Positions 11,111 to 22,200 of a stretch of DNA of 64,000 bases are shown in pieces. Location of the stretch: assembly GCA_963827275.1 (NCBI GenBank), contig CAWHAA010000002.1:224001-288000 (forward strand), read 5' to 3'. The notes below the pieces were generated by a model, which worked only from the letters and a program-made list of their open reading frames with translations, did no database searches and was not told where the DNA came from. The translations under genes were made by a program, and so were the position numbers. This DNA comes from an uncultured Spirochaetota bacterium (GTDB taxonomy: Bacteria; Spirochaetota; UBA4802; UBA5550). The first letter of the stretch is position 1; every line of letters starts with the position of its first letter.

Positions 11111-13340
11111 TTATACCTGCTTGATGATGTCCGGGGTTATCGCGGGGATATCCCTGCATCCGGTAAGGATCATCGCCTTCTGTAAATCCTTCTTGAGATA
11201 ATTGAGATAGTACGACACCCCCTCGGCCCCCATGCCGACCGCGGATATGGCGATCGGCCTACCGATGAGCACGGCGCGTGCTCCCAGGGCAAGCGCTTTC
11301 AGTATGTCCACGCCTTCGCGAAACCCGCCGTCTATTATAACAAGGACCCTGTTGTCGGTTTCGCGGACAATTTCCGCCAGGACATCCATTGACCCCATCA
11401 TCTCGTCAAGGACCCTCCCGCCGTGGTTGGACACGATGATGCCGCGGGCGCCTGCCTCGACGGCGGCTACCGCGTCCTTGACGTTCATGATGCCTTTCAG
11501 AAAAAACGGAAGGCGCGTGGAGGAGATAAGCTCTTTTAATTCGGCGAAGCTCTTCGGCCCTACCGACTGGTTTTTCATTGCCATGGTCTTGAACACGACG
11601 GCATCGATGTCCATGCCGACGGCAATCGCAGAGGCCTTTTCCGCGGCCCTGATGCGCATGATGATCTCGCCGTTATCGCTTCTCGGCTTGAAGATGGGGA
11701 TCGCTTTCCCGCCTGATTCGGAGATCGCCTGCAGGCCGATCTTGTACTTGTCGGGGGTCGCGCCGTCGCCGACGAACGCGATGGTGCCTGCCTTGATGCA
11801 CCCGCTGATGACCGCGCGGTTGTAGTCAAGCTCATCGATGGCGCCGCCCATGTTCGTGACCGTGCCCGTTATCGGGGCGGCCATGACCGGGATGGAGAGC
11901 GACAGGTCCATGAAGGAAGTCGTAGGTATCGGGCTGGGTGACGTCGTGGATCAGCCGCGTGTTGATCTTGAACCGTTTCAACGACGCGATATTCCGCCTG
12001 AACGATTCGCCCGTACCGGTGCCTCCCATTCCCGGGACACCGGTAGGGCAGTCCCTGCCGTCACAGGTTTTGCACACGTAGCAGATCTTCTTGAACCGTT
12101 CTTTCGCCGCGAGGTGGATGGTCTCCATCGAGATTTCAGATTCTTCTATCATCTCAAAATTGAGCACCTTTTTGCACTGGTCCACGCTTGCGACCGCTTC
12201 CCCGAGGGTAGATCCGACGGCTATGATGTGGCCGGCCTTTTCAACGTTGGACCGGGGCTGTATGACCTTGTCGCCCGGCTTGACATTGAGAAAGATTTCT
12301 TTTATGCCGGGGACCTTCAGCGCTTCTTCGAGTCCGGTGATCTTTTTAACTATGCCCGGCTTTGTTATTATGGCGCGCTCAATTGCTGTGCGGCTGATGA
12401 CCGGCTCGAGGTTGCCCGGCTCCTGGCCGAGTGCAACCTCGATCGCCGCCTTGATCAGGTCAACACCGCTGGAGAGGGGATAGGTGTAGGCTGACATAAA
12501 GCCGCCGGAGAGGCGCGCGGCGAGCTCGCCGATCATGGGACCGTCCTTCGTTATCTTGATATCGCCCTTTGCCGCGCCGATATCTATTCCGAGGGCGCGT
12601 ATGCCCATGGTCATAATTTCGCATGCCGCCTCCTGCACGTCGCGGGGAAGGGAAGACGGCATGTTGTGGCCTGTTTCGATGAAGTAGGGCGGGTACTCGA
12701 TGATGCGGTCCGCAACACCGGTAAAGGTGATCTCATTGTTGTAAATGATGGCATCGATCGACAGCTCAGGGCCGTCCATGTATTCTTCCATAATCAGTTC
12801 GCCGCTCGGGGACGCATTTTTTGAAAACTTGAATGCGTCGGCGAGCTGGTTCAGGTTGTCGAGGCGCATGACGCCGCGCGCGCCCATGTTGTCCGACGGT
12901 TTGATGACTACGGGGAATTTCAGGATCTTACCGGCCTTCTTCGCATCCGAGAGCGACCATACCGGGAGGAAATTTGGTGAGGGGACGCCATGTTCCTTGA
13001 AGCGCATACGCATCTTGATCTTGTTGGTCGCCGCCTCCGCGTCTTCGAATTTAATGCCGGGAAGGTTCAGCGCGTTGGCGACCGCGGCAACCGCCATAGA
13101 GGCGTCGGTGCCGGCGGTGAGCACGGCGTGTATGGGGGTCAGCTCGTTCTGGGCCTTGGCGACCCTGACGGAGCCTTCGATGTCGCGCGTGCTCATGACG
13201 ATGGGTATGTCGGCTTCCTTCATCCCCTGGGTATTCGGGTTATAGTCGGTCACCACGACCTCGTGGCCCATTTTTTTCGCGGTGAGAATCACCGGCACCT
13301 GGAGTAACCCGCCGCCTATTACCATAATTGTTTTTTTCAC
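11111..13340 (-). CDS. ATP-grasp ligase fused to FMN-dependent alpha-hydroxy-acid dehydrogenase; one frameshift near 11924
   Basis: ORF 11832-13340 has ATP-grasp motifs (VIKPSDNMGARGV, EEYMDGPELS, ELAARLSGG), then CYVCKTCDGRDC and the start of an FMN_dh domain. ORF 11111-11911 continues it (PVMAAP, LKGI, VSNHGGR, IDGGFREGVDILKALALGA). Removing one base joins them. Confidence 0.85.
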
Positions 13341-13644
13341 GGCATGCTCCTTGTTCGCACAGTATGGCGCGCCGGTCCGGGCGCCGGTCGATGTTATATG
13401 ACGGACATACGGGACGCCTGTGGCTGTCCGCCAAAACGGTTATGTCGCATTATACACCATGCCGTTTTATTCAGTCAATTATTTAATTGTGCGGGGAAGT
13501 CCACTGCCATGATCCTGCAGGGTGCGTGGGTACGGAACAGGAAATTTGCGGCACGAAAAGACCGGAAAAAAAAATTTGCTTGAATAGTGTGACAGGCTGT
13601 CCGATGATAGCATGCCATTTGAGTTTTCCGCCGCGGGAGGAACC

Positions 13645-14595
13645 ATGGACAGATATCTTACCATTGAAGCAGTACGTCTGACTGAAGCGGCCGCGCTCTT
13701 TGCAAGCAGGCATATGGGCAAGGGCGATGAGGAGATTACGTATCATTCGGCGTCTGACGCCATGCACAAGGTCCTTTCGACGATGGACATCGATGGTGAA
13801 ATAGTGATAGGCGCGGACAGCGCTGAAACGGCGCTGTATGACGGGGTGCAGGTCGGCAGCAAAACGGGGGGCGCTGTCGACCTTGCCGTGAAGCCGCTGG
13901 ACGGGAAGATGACCTGCGCACGCGGCGGACACAATGCGGTGTCGGCGGCGGCGGTTGGCACCAAGGGGGCGTTTTTCAAGGCCCCGTCGCTGCACATGGA
14001 CAAGATCGCGGTCGGCAAGGACGCGAAAAATATCGTGGACATCCACCAGCCGCCGGCGATCAATATCAAGCGGATCGCCCGTGCGAAAGGAAAATATATT
14101 GAGGACCTCACTGTCTGCATCCTCGACCGGAAGCGGAATGAAAAGCTGGTGGAGGAGGTGCGCAAAACCGGGGCCAAGATCAGGTTTATACGCGACGGGG
14201 ACATCACGGGCGCCGTTTCCACCGCTTTCCCCGAAAGCTCAATCGATATCCTCATGGGTATCGGCGGCGCAAAAGAGGCGATCATAGCCGCGGCGGCGCT
14301 CAAGTGCATGGACGCGGACATGCAGGCGCGGTTCGTGGACATAGGCGGCAGGGAGAAGGAGCTGCTCCGCGAGCTTGGCATCGATGACCCGGAGATGATC
14401 TTTACTCCCTCGGACATGATCCGGGGCGAAGACGTGATCGTTTCCCTCACCGGTGTAACCGACGGGGTACTGCTGCCGGGCGTGCAGTACGTTCCCGGCG
14501 GAGCGAAGACCAGCTCGATCCTGTTCAGGCAGAAGACCCATACCCTCCGGTATATCACGGCCATCCACCAATTCGATTATAAGCCGATATTTTGA
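13645..14595 (+). CDS. glpX: Class II fructose-1,6-bisphosphatase (GlpX) homolog with degenerate active site
   Basis: Full-length similarity to GlpX (TEAAAL, DGDI, MGIGG, TGVTDG) but metal-ligand motifs are altered. Start ATG after GGGAGG. Confidence 0.85.
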   Translation: MDRYLTIEAVRLTEAAALFASRHMGKGDEEITYHSASDAMHKVLSTMDIDGEIVIGADSAETALYDGVQVGSKTGGAVDLAVKPLDGKMTCARGGHNAVSAAAVGTKGAFFKAPSLHMDKIAVGKDAKNIVDIHQPPAINIKRIARAKGKYIEDLTVCILDRKRNEKLVEEVRKTGAKIRFIRDGDITGAVSTAFPESSIDILMGIGGAKEAIIAAAALKCMDADMQARFVDIGGREKELLRELGIDDPEMIFTPSDMIRGEDVIVSLTGVTDGVLLPGVQYVPGGAKTSSILFRQKTHTLRYITAIHQFDYKPIF

Positions 14596-14623
14596 CGGGG
14601 CAGCGCGACACTGGTATATTGAA

Positions 14624-15544
14624 ATGAAAGACCTGGAAGAACTGCTGAATACGATTGTTATCGATATCCGGAAACAGAATTGCGAGCGGGGACCGGGAGC
14701 CATCCCGCAGTCCGACAGGTTTTACGATTATCTGACAACTACCTATTCCGTGATCCCTTACACCATCCCCAAGCTCATCAAGATACTGGTGGACACGCAT
14801 AAGATTTTCTCATTCAATACCGTTGAAGGGAACAATAAACAGCAGGTGCGAAGGGTCGAGGGATTTGTCGTCGCGGAGGGCAACATCATCAAAACGCTCC
14901 TCGAGATTTTCAGCGATGAACTGACGCGCGAATTTTCACACGAGTTCTCCACCAAGTATCCGGTCGAAAGGATAATCAAGGAATTTTTCCCGAAGCTAAA
15001 GGAGTATAACAACACGCCCCTCGGCAGGAGCGCGAATATCGTGATCAACCTGATGAGCTTGCAGGCGAACCTCGAACGGGCGATCATGCAGTTTAATCCG
15101 AAGTGGCAGGAAAAGCAGCTCAAGATCGAGATCGAGAAGACGGGCGGGCTTGCTTCGTTCATCGACAGCCAGATTTCAATCCGCGGAAAGGCGGGGAGCG
15201 CCGCTGATAACGAAAATGACAAAAACCGGCGCGTTACCGACACTCCGAAATACGAGGAATTTAAAAAATACATGAGCAAGAACACCATCGAGAAGACCCT
15301 CGTGGTGTACGGGGCGGAATTTTACTCCCGCGTCTGCTTCAGGGAATACAGGTTTTCACTGGTCCAGAAGCTCATCGAGGACGACCGAATAAACGACGCA
15401 AATGACCTTCTCATGGTGAAGAAGATGCTCAAGAAAACCCGCGAAAATTCCGACCAGGACACAAACCTGCAGCAATACGCCCTTGACATCAATGAGCTTG
15501 AAAAGGCGATCAACCAGAAAATCAAGGCGGCCGGTGCGAAATGA
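14624..15544 (+). CDS. Hypothetical cytoplasmic protein
   Basis: 306-aa ORF with host-like codon usage, overlapping the next gene (ATGA); no family recognised. Confidence 0.8.
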   Translation: MKDLEELLNTIVIDIRKQNCERGPGAIPQSDRFYDYLTTTYSVIPYTIPKLIKILVDTHKIFSFNTVEGNNKQQVRRVEGFVVAEGNIIKTLLEIFSDELTREFSHEFSTKYPVERIIKEFFPKLKEYNNTPLGRSANIVINLMSLQANLERAIMQFNPKWQEKQLKIEIEKTGGLASFIDSQISIRGKAGSAADNENDKNRRVTDTPKYEEFKKYMSKNTIEKTLVVYGAEFYSRVCFREYRFSLVQKLIEDDRINDANDLLMVKKMLKKTRENSDQDTNLQQYALDINELEKAINQKIKAAGAK

Positions 15545-16758
15545 AGCGCGTTGCCGTGATCGGCGGGGGAGCGTCGGGCTGCATCGCCGCCTGCTTTGCC
15601 GCGGGCGGCGGCAATTCGGTCGTCCTTTTTGAAAAGCAGAAAAAGCTTGGGAGAAAGGTGCTCGTCAGCGGAAACGGGCGGTGCAACATCACCAACCGTA
15701 ACCTTTCAGCGGGGTGCTACCATGGTGGCAATCCACGGTTCGTTAACAATGTCTTTTCACGCTTCGGCTTCGATGAGACGGTGGATTTTTTCAAATCAAT
15801 CGGTCTCCCCCTTGCGGAGGAGAAAAACGGGAAGATGTTCCCCGCGTCGCTGCAGTCCGCATCGGTGATGCGGATCTTTGAATACGAGCTCGGTCGCCGC
15901 GGCGTCGAAGCGAGGACGCACCGCAGGATCGAGGCTATACGGCCAACGGGAAGCGGGTACACACTGGTCACGGCGGGGCACGAGGCGGAGGAATTCGACG
16001 CGGTGATTCTCGCCGCCGGGAGCTGCGCCAATCCCCCGTCGGGCGGATCGCGCGACGGGTACGAGCTCGCCCGGCAGATGAAGCACACGGTGCGCGAGCC
16101 GTTCCCCGCCATACTGCCGGTCACCATCCCCCTGAAGATCATCCATCGCCTCCAGGGCGTCAAGTGGGACTGCGCGACGCGGGTGACAATGGGAAAAAAA
16201 ACCCTCGCCTCATCTGAAGGAGAGCTCCTTTTCACCGCGTACGGCATCTCGGGACCGGCATCGCTCGAGATATCGCGCGCGGTCAACGAGACGGTGCTCC
16301 GGGGCCAGTCACCGCAAATAGTCATTGACCTGTTTCCCGGGCGAGGGGAGAAAGAGCTTGAGGATGTAATCGGGATGCTGTGGGCGGACGGCTCACGGAG
16401 CGCCGCGCTGAGCCTTACCGGGATACTGAAAAGTCCGATGCCCGACGTGCTGCTCCGCATGGCGGGGATCGACCCCGCGGCGCCGGTAGGACAGCTCGGG
16501 AAGGAGATGCGCGGCGCGCTGGCCCGCGTCCTGAAAGGACTCACCCTTGAGCCCGGGAAGCCGCGGGGCTTCGATGAAGCGGTGGTCGCCGCCGGGGGCG
16601 TGGACACTGACGAGGTGAACCCGGCGACCATGGAGTCGCGTCGCGCGAAGCGCCTGTACATCACCGGCGAGCTCCTCGATATCGACGGGGACAGCGGCGG
16701 GTACAACCTCCAGTTCGCCTGGAGCACCGGCGCGCTCGCCGGCCTGGCGCAGCATTGA
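15541..16758 (+). CDS. HI0933/YhiN/BaiN-family flavoprotein oxidoreductase
   Basis: GGGASG, GRKVLVSGNGRCNITN, GELLFT..GISGP, AGGV, GELLDIDGDSGGYNLQFAWSTG. Confidence 0.95.
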   Translation: MKRVAVIGGGASGCIAACFAAGGGNSVVLFEKQKKLGRKVLVSGNGRCNITNRNLSAGCYHGGNPRFVNNVFSRFGFDETVDFFKSIGLPLAEEKNGKMFPASLQSASVMRIFEYELGRRGVEARTHRRIEAIRPTGSGYTLVTAGHEAEEFDAVILAAGSCANPPSGGSRDGYELARQMKHTVREPFPAILPVTIPLKIIHRLQGVKWDCATRVTMGKKTLASSEGELLFTAYGISGPASLEISRAVNETVLRGQSPQIVIDLFPGRGEKELEDVIGMLWADGSRSAALSLTGILKSPMPDVLLRMAGIDPAAPVGQLGKEMRGALARVLKGLTLEPGKPRGFDEAVVAAGGVDTDEVNPATMESRRAKRLYITGELLDIDGDSGGYNLQFAWSTGALAGLAQH

Positions 16759-16767
16759 AAGCGTGGA

Positions 16768-17016
16768 TCAGAACAGCATGACGAACCCGTCGACCGTGGC
16801 GATGCAGGCGCAGACGCGCTCAAGGTGCGATTCTGAGTCGAATTCGGCGGTGATGGTGTAGGAGATGAAGGTGCTGTTCCTGCTCGGCCGGTGGTCGATC
16901 TGGGCGTCGAGCCCGTGTTCCGCCAGAAGGGCGGTGATCGCGTCATGGAGGTCCTGGCGCAGGTAGAACACCGACTTGAAGGTGATTTCGGCGGGGTAGG
17001 TGATTTCTTTCTTCAT
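16768..17016 (-). CDS. YbeD/DUF493-like protein
   Basis: ITYPAEITFK...RPSRNSTFISYTIT pattern; 82 aa. Confidence 0.75.
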   Translation of the reverse strand: MKKEITYPAEITFKSVFYLRQDLHDAITALLAEHGLDAQIDHRPSRNSTFISYTITAEFDSESHLERVCACIATVDGFVMLF

Positions 17017-17077
17017 GGGTTCATCGAAACCGGACCCCCGCGTGTTTGTCAAGTCTATATGGGAGAGGCACGTACAC

Positions 17078-18412
17078 ATGGAAATGATGAAGTTACACCT
17101 GCTGCAGCCGTTCGTTATAGCCCTCTTCCTGGGCGCCCTGCTCGGCTTTGAACGGACGTTCGCGTCGCGCATGGACCATGAGACCACCGATTTCCTGGGC
17201 GGTATCCGCACCTACTCTCTGGTCGCGCTGTTCGGCTCCCTGATGACGTTTCTCGGGGACCATTACGCGCATGAGCTGCTCTACCTCGGGTTTGCCGCAA
17301 TCATCGCCATGACCGTCATTTCCTATTTCCTCTCTTTCAGCAAGCACAACGAGGGGGGCATCACGACCGAGGTGAGCATGCTCATCTGCTTCACCATCGG
17401 CGTTATCACGCAGAAAAACCAGCTCGTGCTGGCGCTGTTCATCGCCATCATCACCGCGGTAGTGCTGCACCTGAAGGACTACCTTCACCGGCTCGGCGCG
17501 CTGGTGGAAAAGGACGACATCAGGGCGACACTTATCTTCGCCATCATAACCTTCATTATTCTCCTGTTCGACCCCGACTTCACGGTTCTCTTGCAGGATA
17601 TCGGGATGCTCAACAGCGCCGTCTTTGAACGTTTTCCCGGCCTAAGTGACGTGCAGGTGGTCAACCCCTATACCGTGTGGATCATGGTGGTGCTGGTGTC
17701 CGCCATCGGGTTCACCGGCTATATCGCTATCAAGATACTCGGGCATAAAAAGGGTATCGGCCTTACCGGCTTGCTGGGCGGGCTCGCGTCAAGCACGGCC
17801 ACGACCGTCACCTTTTCCAGGAGGAGCAGGGAAGGCGGTGAAAACGGGTCCGCCTATCCATATGCCCTTGCCGTCATCCTGGCCTGCTCCACCATGTTTC
17901 CACGCGTGCTGCTGGAAGTGCTTATCATCAACCCGCTTTTGCTCGGCAACCTGGTCGTCGTGATGGGGTCCATGGCGCTGGCCGGTTTTATTTTCTGCTT
18001 TGTCCTCTGGAAAAAAAGCGGGAAGGAAAAAAACGAAGAGGTGGCGTACCAGAACCCGTTCAACATCTCGCTGGCGGTCAAATTCGGGGTCATATTCGCC
18101 GTCATCGTCTTCATCTCCCGCATTGCCGAAGTGCTTTTCGGGGACAGCGGTATTTATATCATCAGCGTCCTGACCGGGCTTTCCGATGTCGACCCCATGA
18201 CCCTTACCATGAGCCAGATCTCCCGCGATGACCCGTCGAAGCTGTCCCAGGCCACGATCGCCATCACGCTGGCCGCGTTCGCGAACACGGCGATGAAGGG
18301 GGCGATGGCGGTGTTTCTCGGGTCAAAAAAATTTAAAAAAATCGTGCTGCTCGGCTTCGGGATCGTCCTCCTGGCGGGGGCGCTGGCGCTGGCGATTGTG
18401 AACCTGGTGTAA
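17078..18412 (+). CDS. MgtC/SapB-family membrane protein with DUF4010 domain
   Basis: LGALLGFER, GGIRTY, GITTE, GLLGGLASSTATT, GLSDVD; many TM helices. Confidence 0.9.
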   Translation: MEMMKLHLLQPFVIALFLGALLGFERTFASRMDHETTDFLGGIRTYSLVALFGSLMTFLGDHYAHELLYLGFAAIIAMTVISYFLSFSKHNEGGITTEVSMLICFTIGVITQKNQLVLALFIAIITAVVLHLKDYLHRLGALVEKDDIRATLIFAIITFIILLFDPDFTVLLQDIGMLNSAVFERFPGLSDVQVVNPYTVWIMVVLVSAIGFTGYIAIKILGHKKGIGLTGLLGGLASSTATTVTFSRRSREGGENGSAYPYALAVILACSTMFPRVLLEVLIINPLLLGNLVVVMGSMALAGFIFCFVLWKKSGKEKNEEVAYQNPFNISLAVKFGVIFAVIVFISRIAEVLFGDSGIYIISVLTGLSDVDPMTLTMSQISRDDPSKLSQATIAITLAAFANTAMKGAMAVFLGSKKFKKIVLLGFGIVLLAGALALAIVNLV

Positions 18413-18445
18413 ATGGCCGCACTATTGCAGCCATGATGCCAGACA

Positions 18446-18471
18446 AGAAAGCCCCCTGCCGGGGGCTTTCT
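18446..18471. terminator. Bidirectional terminator hairpin between convergent genes
   Basis: AGAAAGCCCCC-TGCC-GGGGGCTTTCT perfect 11-bp stem. Confidence 0.75.
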
Positions 18472-18480
18472 CATTCGCTG

Positions 18481-19125
18481 TTATTTCGGTATCTTGTTGT
18501 AATCATCAAGAAATTTTTTTATGCCGATGTCCGTCAGCGGGTGCTTGATGATTTTCTGGAATACGTCGAAGGGGATCGTCGCGATGTCGGCGCCGATCAA
18601 CGCCGCGTGTTTTATGTGCAGCGGGTTTCTGACCGACGCAACGATGATCTCGGTCGTGAAATCGTAATTCGCGAATATGGCGGAGATCTCCTCCACCACT
18701 TCCATCCCCTCGGAGCCGATATCGTCAAGCCGGCCGATGAAGGGGGAGATGTAGGTCGCCCCCGCCTTGGCGGCCATGAGCGCCTGGAGCGAGTTGAAGC
18801 AGAGGGTGACGTTGGTCCGGATACGGTCTGAGGCGAGGGTCTTTACCGCGCGCAGTCCGTCTTCAATGAGGGGGATCTTGACGTTGATGTTGTCGCGGAT
18901 CTTTGCGAGGTCCCGCGCTTCCCTGACCATGCCGTCATAATCGAGGGAGATGACCTCCGCGGAGACCGGCCCGTCGACTTCCCTGGCTACTTCCGTCAGC
19001 ACCTCGCGGTACGGCCTGCCGATCTTGCTGACCAGCGACGGGTTTGTGGTCACGCCGTCAAGGATCCCCAGTTCCCTGGCACGACGTATCTCCTTGATAT
19101 CAGCGGTATCTATGAAAAACTTCAT
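18481..19125 (-). CDS. fsa: Transaldolase / fructose-6-phosphate aldolase (short type 3B)
   Basis: [16 protein letters not shown], Schiff-base [29 protein letters not shown]. Confidence 0.95.
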   Translation of the reverse strand: MKFFIDTADIKEIRRARELGILDGVTTNPSLVSKIGRPYREVLTEVAREVDGPVSAEVISLDYDGMVREARDLAKIRDNINVKIPLIEDGLRAVKTLASDRIRTNVTLCFNSLQALMAAKAGATYISPFIGRLDDIGSEGMEVVEEISAIFANYDFTTEIIVASVRNPLHIKHAALIGADIATIPFDVFQKIIKHPLTDIGIKKFLDDYNKIPK

Positions 19126-19249
19126 TGCTGCACCTCTTGGATGTGAATGTATGAATGGAGCATCCACAATGGTGCGAATTATGTCAAACAGTTTTGGATT
19201 TTAACAGAACATCAGGTGCAGGAAATCCCCGCAGGGGCACCGGGTACGG

Positions 19250-22200
19250 ATGGCGCAATTGGAATTGACACGGTCCTTGCCATTGGCCATTATGCGCCTG
19301 CCATGGGATCAGTTGTTCAAGAAATGGATGAAGGAGATAGAGGCCCTCTTTGCCTCCCCCGCGGGATTCATCTTCCTGATTGCGCAGTGCCTGTTGCTCG
19401 GGTGGAGCTTCGGGTCGTCGGCGGGCAGCTGCAGTACCCTGAGCGGACTTATGGCGGCCGGTGATCTGCCGGCTGCATACCTGTCGCCGCTTTCGGATCT
19501 TACTGTCCCTGTTTTCAGGAGCGCGTATCTGTACCCGGCCCTGCTCCTGCCCGTTGTTGTTTCCGGTCTGCTGCGCGGAGGTTCGCCGGGCGTGTCGCTG
19601 AATTTTATAGGCCAGCCTTCAGCAATTATCCGCGGACTCGGCGCCAAATTCGGCGCGGCCGTCATATACCTCGCAGCCTCCCTCGCGCTCTCCCTGCCGG
19701 CGCTTCAGTACTGGCGCATGCTCGGGGGCAGCGTGTATGCCTCCGAGACCGCGCTTCTGTACGCGGGATATTTCCTGAACGGGGTCCTGACCATCTCAGT
19801 ATCTTTTCTTTTTGCCTCGCTGATACGAAGCAGGGCCATCGCCTCGTTCGCGTCAACAACGCTCCTGGCGCTGCCGCACCTGCTTTATTTTATCAAAGAA
19901 TGCAACGGCGCCGATTATACGCCCCTCGGGGCGATGACGCTGGAAGCGGTGTCGTCTTTTGAGCGCGGTATCGTGTCACCGGGTGCATTTCTTTATTTTA
20001 TTGTCCCGGCGATCGTTGCGTTCGCCCTTACAGTGAGCGCGCAGGTCCGGGGCAGGAAGATGAAGATGCGGGTACTTGCCGCGGCACTGGGGTTCGTGGC
20101 GGCGGTTTCCATCTCAATGATGGCCCCGGAAGCGCGCGGGTTCCTTGCTTCGCATGTCGATATATCGGACCGCTACAGTGCCCCCGCCGCTTCTTCTGTC
20201 GTCACACGGGCAAAACAGATCATCACTCTTTCTGCGCTCCCCTCCGTGTACGATGTTCCGGCGGGCGATGGGGGCGGTGCGGCCGGATGTCCTCTCTCGA
20301 TCACGGAAAAGGACCTGCGTGATATCCGGGTCGTCTACTGGGCGCTCATCCCGCTGCTGATCGGACTTATGGCAGGGGCACGCGCGGTCAGGCAGATCCG
20401 CATGCCACACGGAGCGAAGCGGGTCACGGTCATGACTGCCACCTGGCTGGCGCTGGTGCTGGCCTGCGCCCTGGCGCAGGACTTCTATATCAAGAACAGG
20501 CCATGGAAGGTCTTCCCGTCGGTCAGGGAGGTGCTGCCCCGGTGGGCGTGGGAGCGTGGAGAACCGCCCGGCGCCGGCAGCGCGCCGGAGGCCGTTCCAA
20601 AGAATATCGCCGGGACAGAAATGCCCCGTGATCCGAATTTCATCTACGCGGGTGATGGATATCAGAATCTTAACCGTTTCTTCAAGAGGCTCGCCGACCT
20701 GCAGGCGGGGCGGCGTGACACGGTCAGGATCGTGCACTACGGTGATTCCCTCATCTGGGGCGACTGCTTTTCCCGGACAATGAAGCGCCGGTTCCAGGCG
20801 GAATTCGGTGACGGGGGCCGCGGCATCGTGCCGCCGGCCGCAACCATGGCAACGGCGCTGCAGGACCATACCAATACGACGAATCCCGGCGGGTTCGACC
20901 AGCACGCCGTGCGGCACGAGTTCCGGTACCTGGGTAATTTCTATCCGGCGCCGGCGGAAAACCGGTACGTGGGGTTCACGGGCGAGGGCGCGTTTCTCCG
21001 CTCGCCGCTTTCAGAGATACACATGGAATCGCCCGCCGGCAGCCGGAAGTGGCGCCGCGTGCAGCTTTTCCTGCGGCAGCCGGCGGACGCGGCACCCGGC
21101 TCGTCGTCGTACTGCGTGCGCCTCGATCACGACGCGGGCACGGCGCGGCAGGTACTCGCCCCGGCCGGCGCATCGCCCGGCGCGGTGACATTTCTGGTAC
21201 CGCCGACGGGAACTATTACCGCCCGGTTTGAAGGCTCGGCCGGGCCGCTCCCCTCGGTTGACGCGGTCAACCTTGAAACAGAGAGCGGCGTCGCCTACAG
21301 CACGGTCGTCAGGATGGGCATACACATGGCCTGGCTGAACGCCGTACCTGAGGGACACCTGGCGCCGCTCCGCGAAATCGCTCCGGACCTGCTCATCTTC
21401 CAGTTCGGGGTGAACGAGGCCGCCTCGCTCGGCGGGTTCCCGGAGTTTACGGCGGAGACCCTGCGGGCCCAGGTGAGGGAATGGCTCGCGAAGGTAAAGC
21501 GGCTCTTCCCGGATACCGATGTCCTCGTCGTGGGACCGCCGGAACGGCTCCGCATGCTGCAGGGGGCGCTGGTCCCGATGGAGGAGACGATGACCGTGCG
21601 CAGTATCCAGCGCGAGGAGGCGGCGCGGGCCGGCATGGCCTTCTTTGATACCTACGATCTCCTCGGAGGGCCGGGGCAGATGCTGAACATGGTAACGACC
21701 GGCCTGGCCATGGACGACTACACGCACTTCACCATGCGGGGCGGGGACACGGCGGCAGGCGGGATGTACGATTCGCTCATGAACGCCTTCAGGAAGACAA
21801 ACGGGCGGCCGAAGCTCGACCTCAGGGCGGGGGAGCGGACCGCCATCATGTTCAATTCAGCGTCATACGCCTACTTCCTCGCCGTGACGGTCATCATCGT
21901 CCTCCTGATCGGCAGGCGGGCGGGGCCGCGGTTCGTGTTCCTCGCCGGCGCGTCGTATTATTTTTACACGACATGGAACGTATGGCCCGCGGCCTGCCTT
22001 GCGGTGACCACCGTGACCGATTATTCCATGGCGCTCCTCATCCACCGGGCGCGGAAGGGCGGGGGGCGGGGCTCCGGCTACCTCGCCGTGTCGCTCGCGG
22101 TCAACCTCGGCATCCTGTTTGTCCTGAAATACTTTGATTTCTTTTCCGACCTCGCGGGCAGGGCGGCCTATGCCATGGGCTGCCAGGCGTCGGTGCCGAT

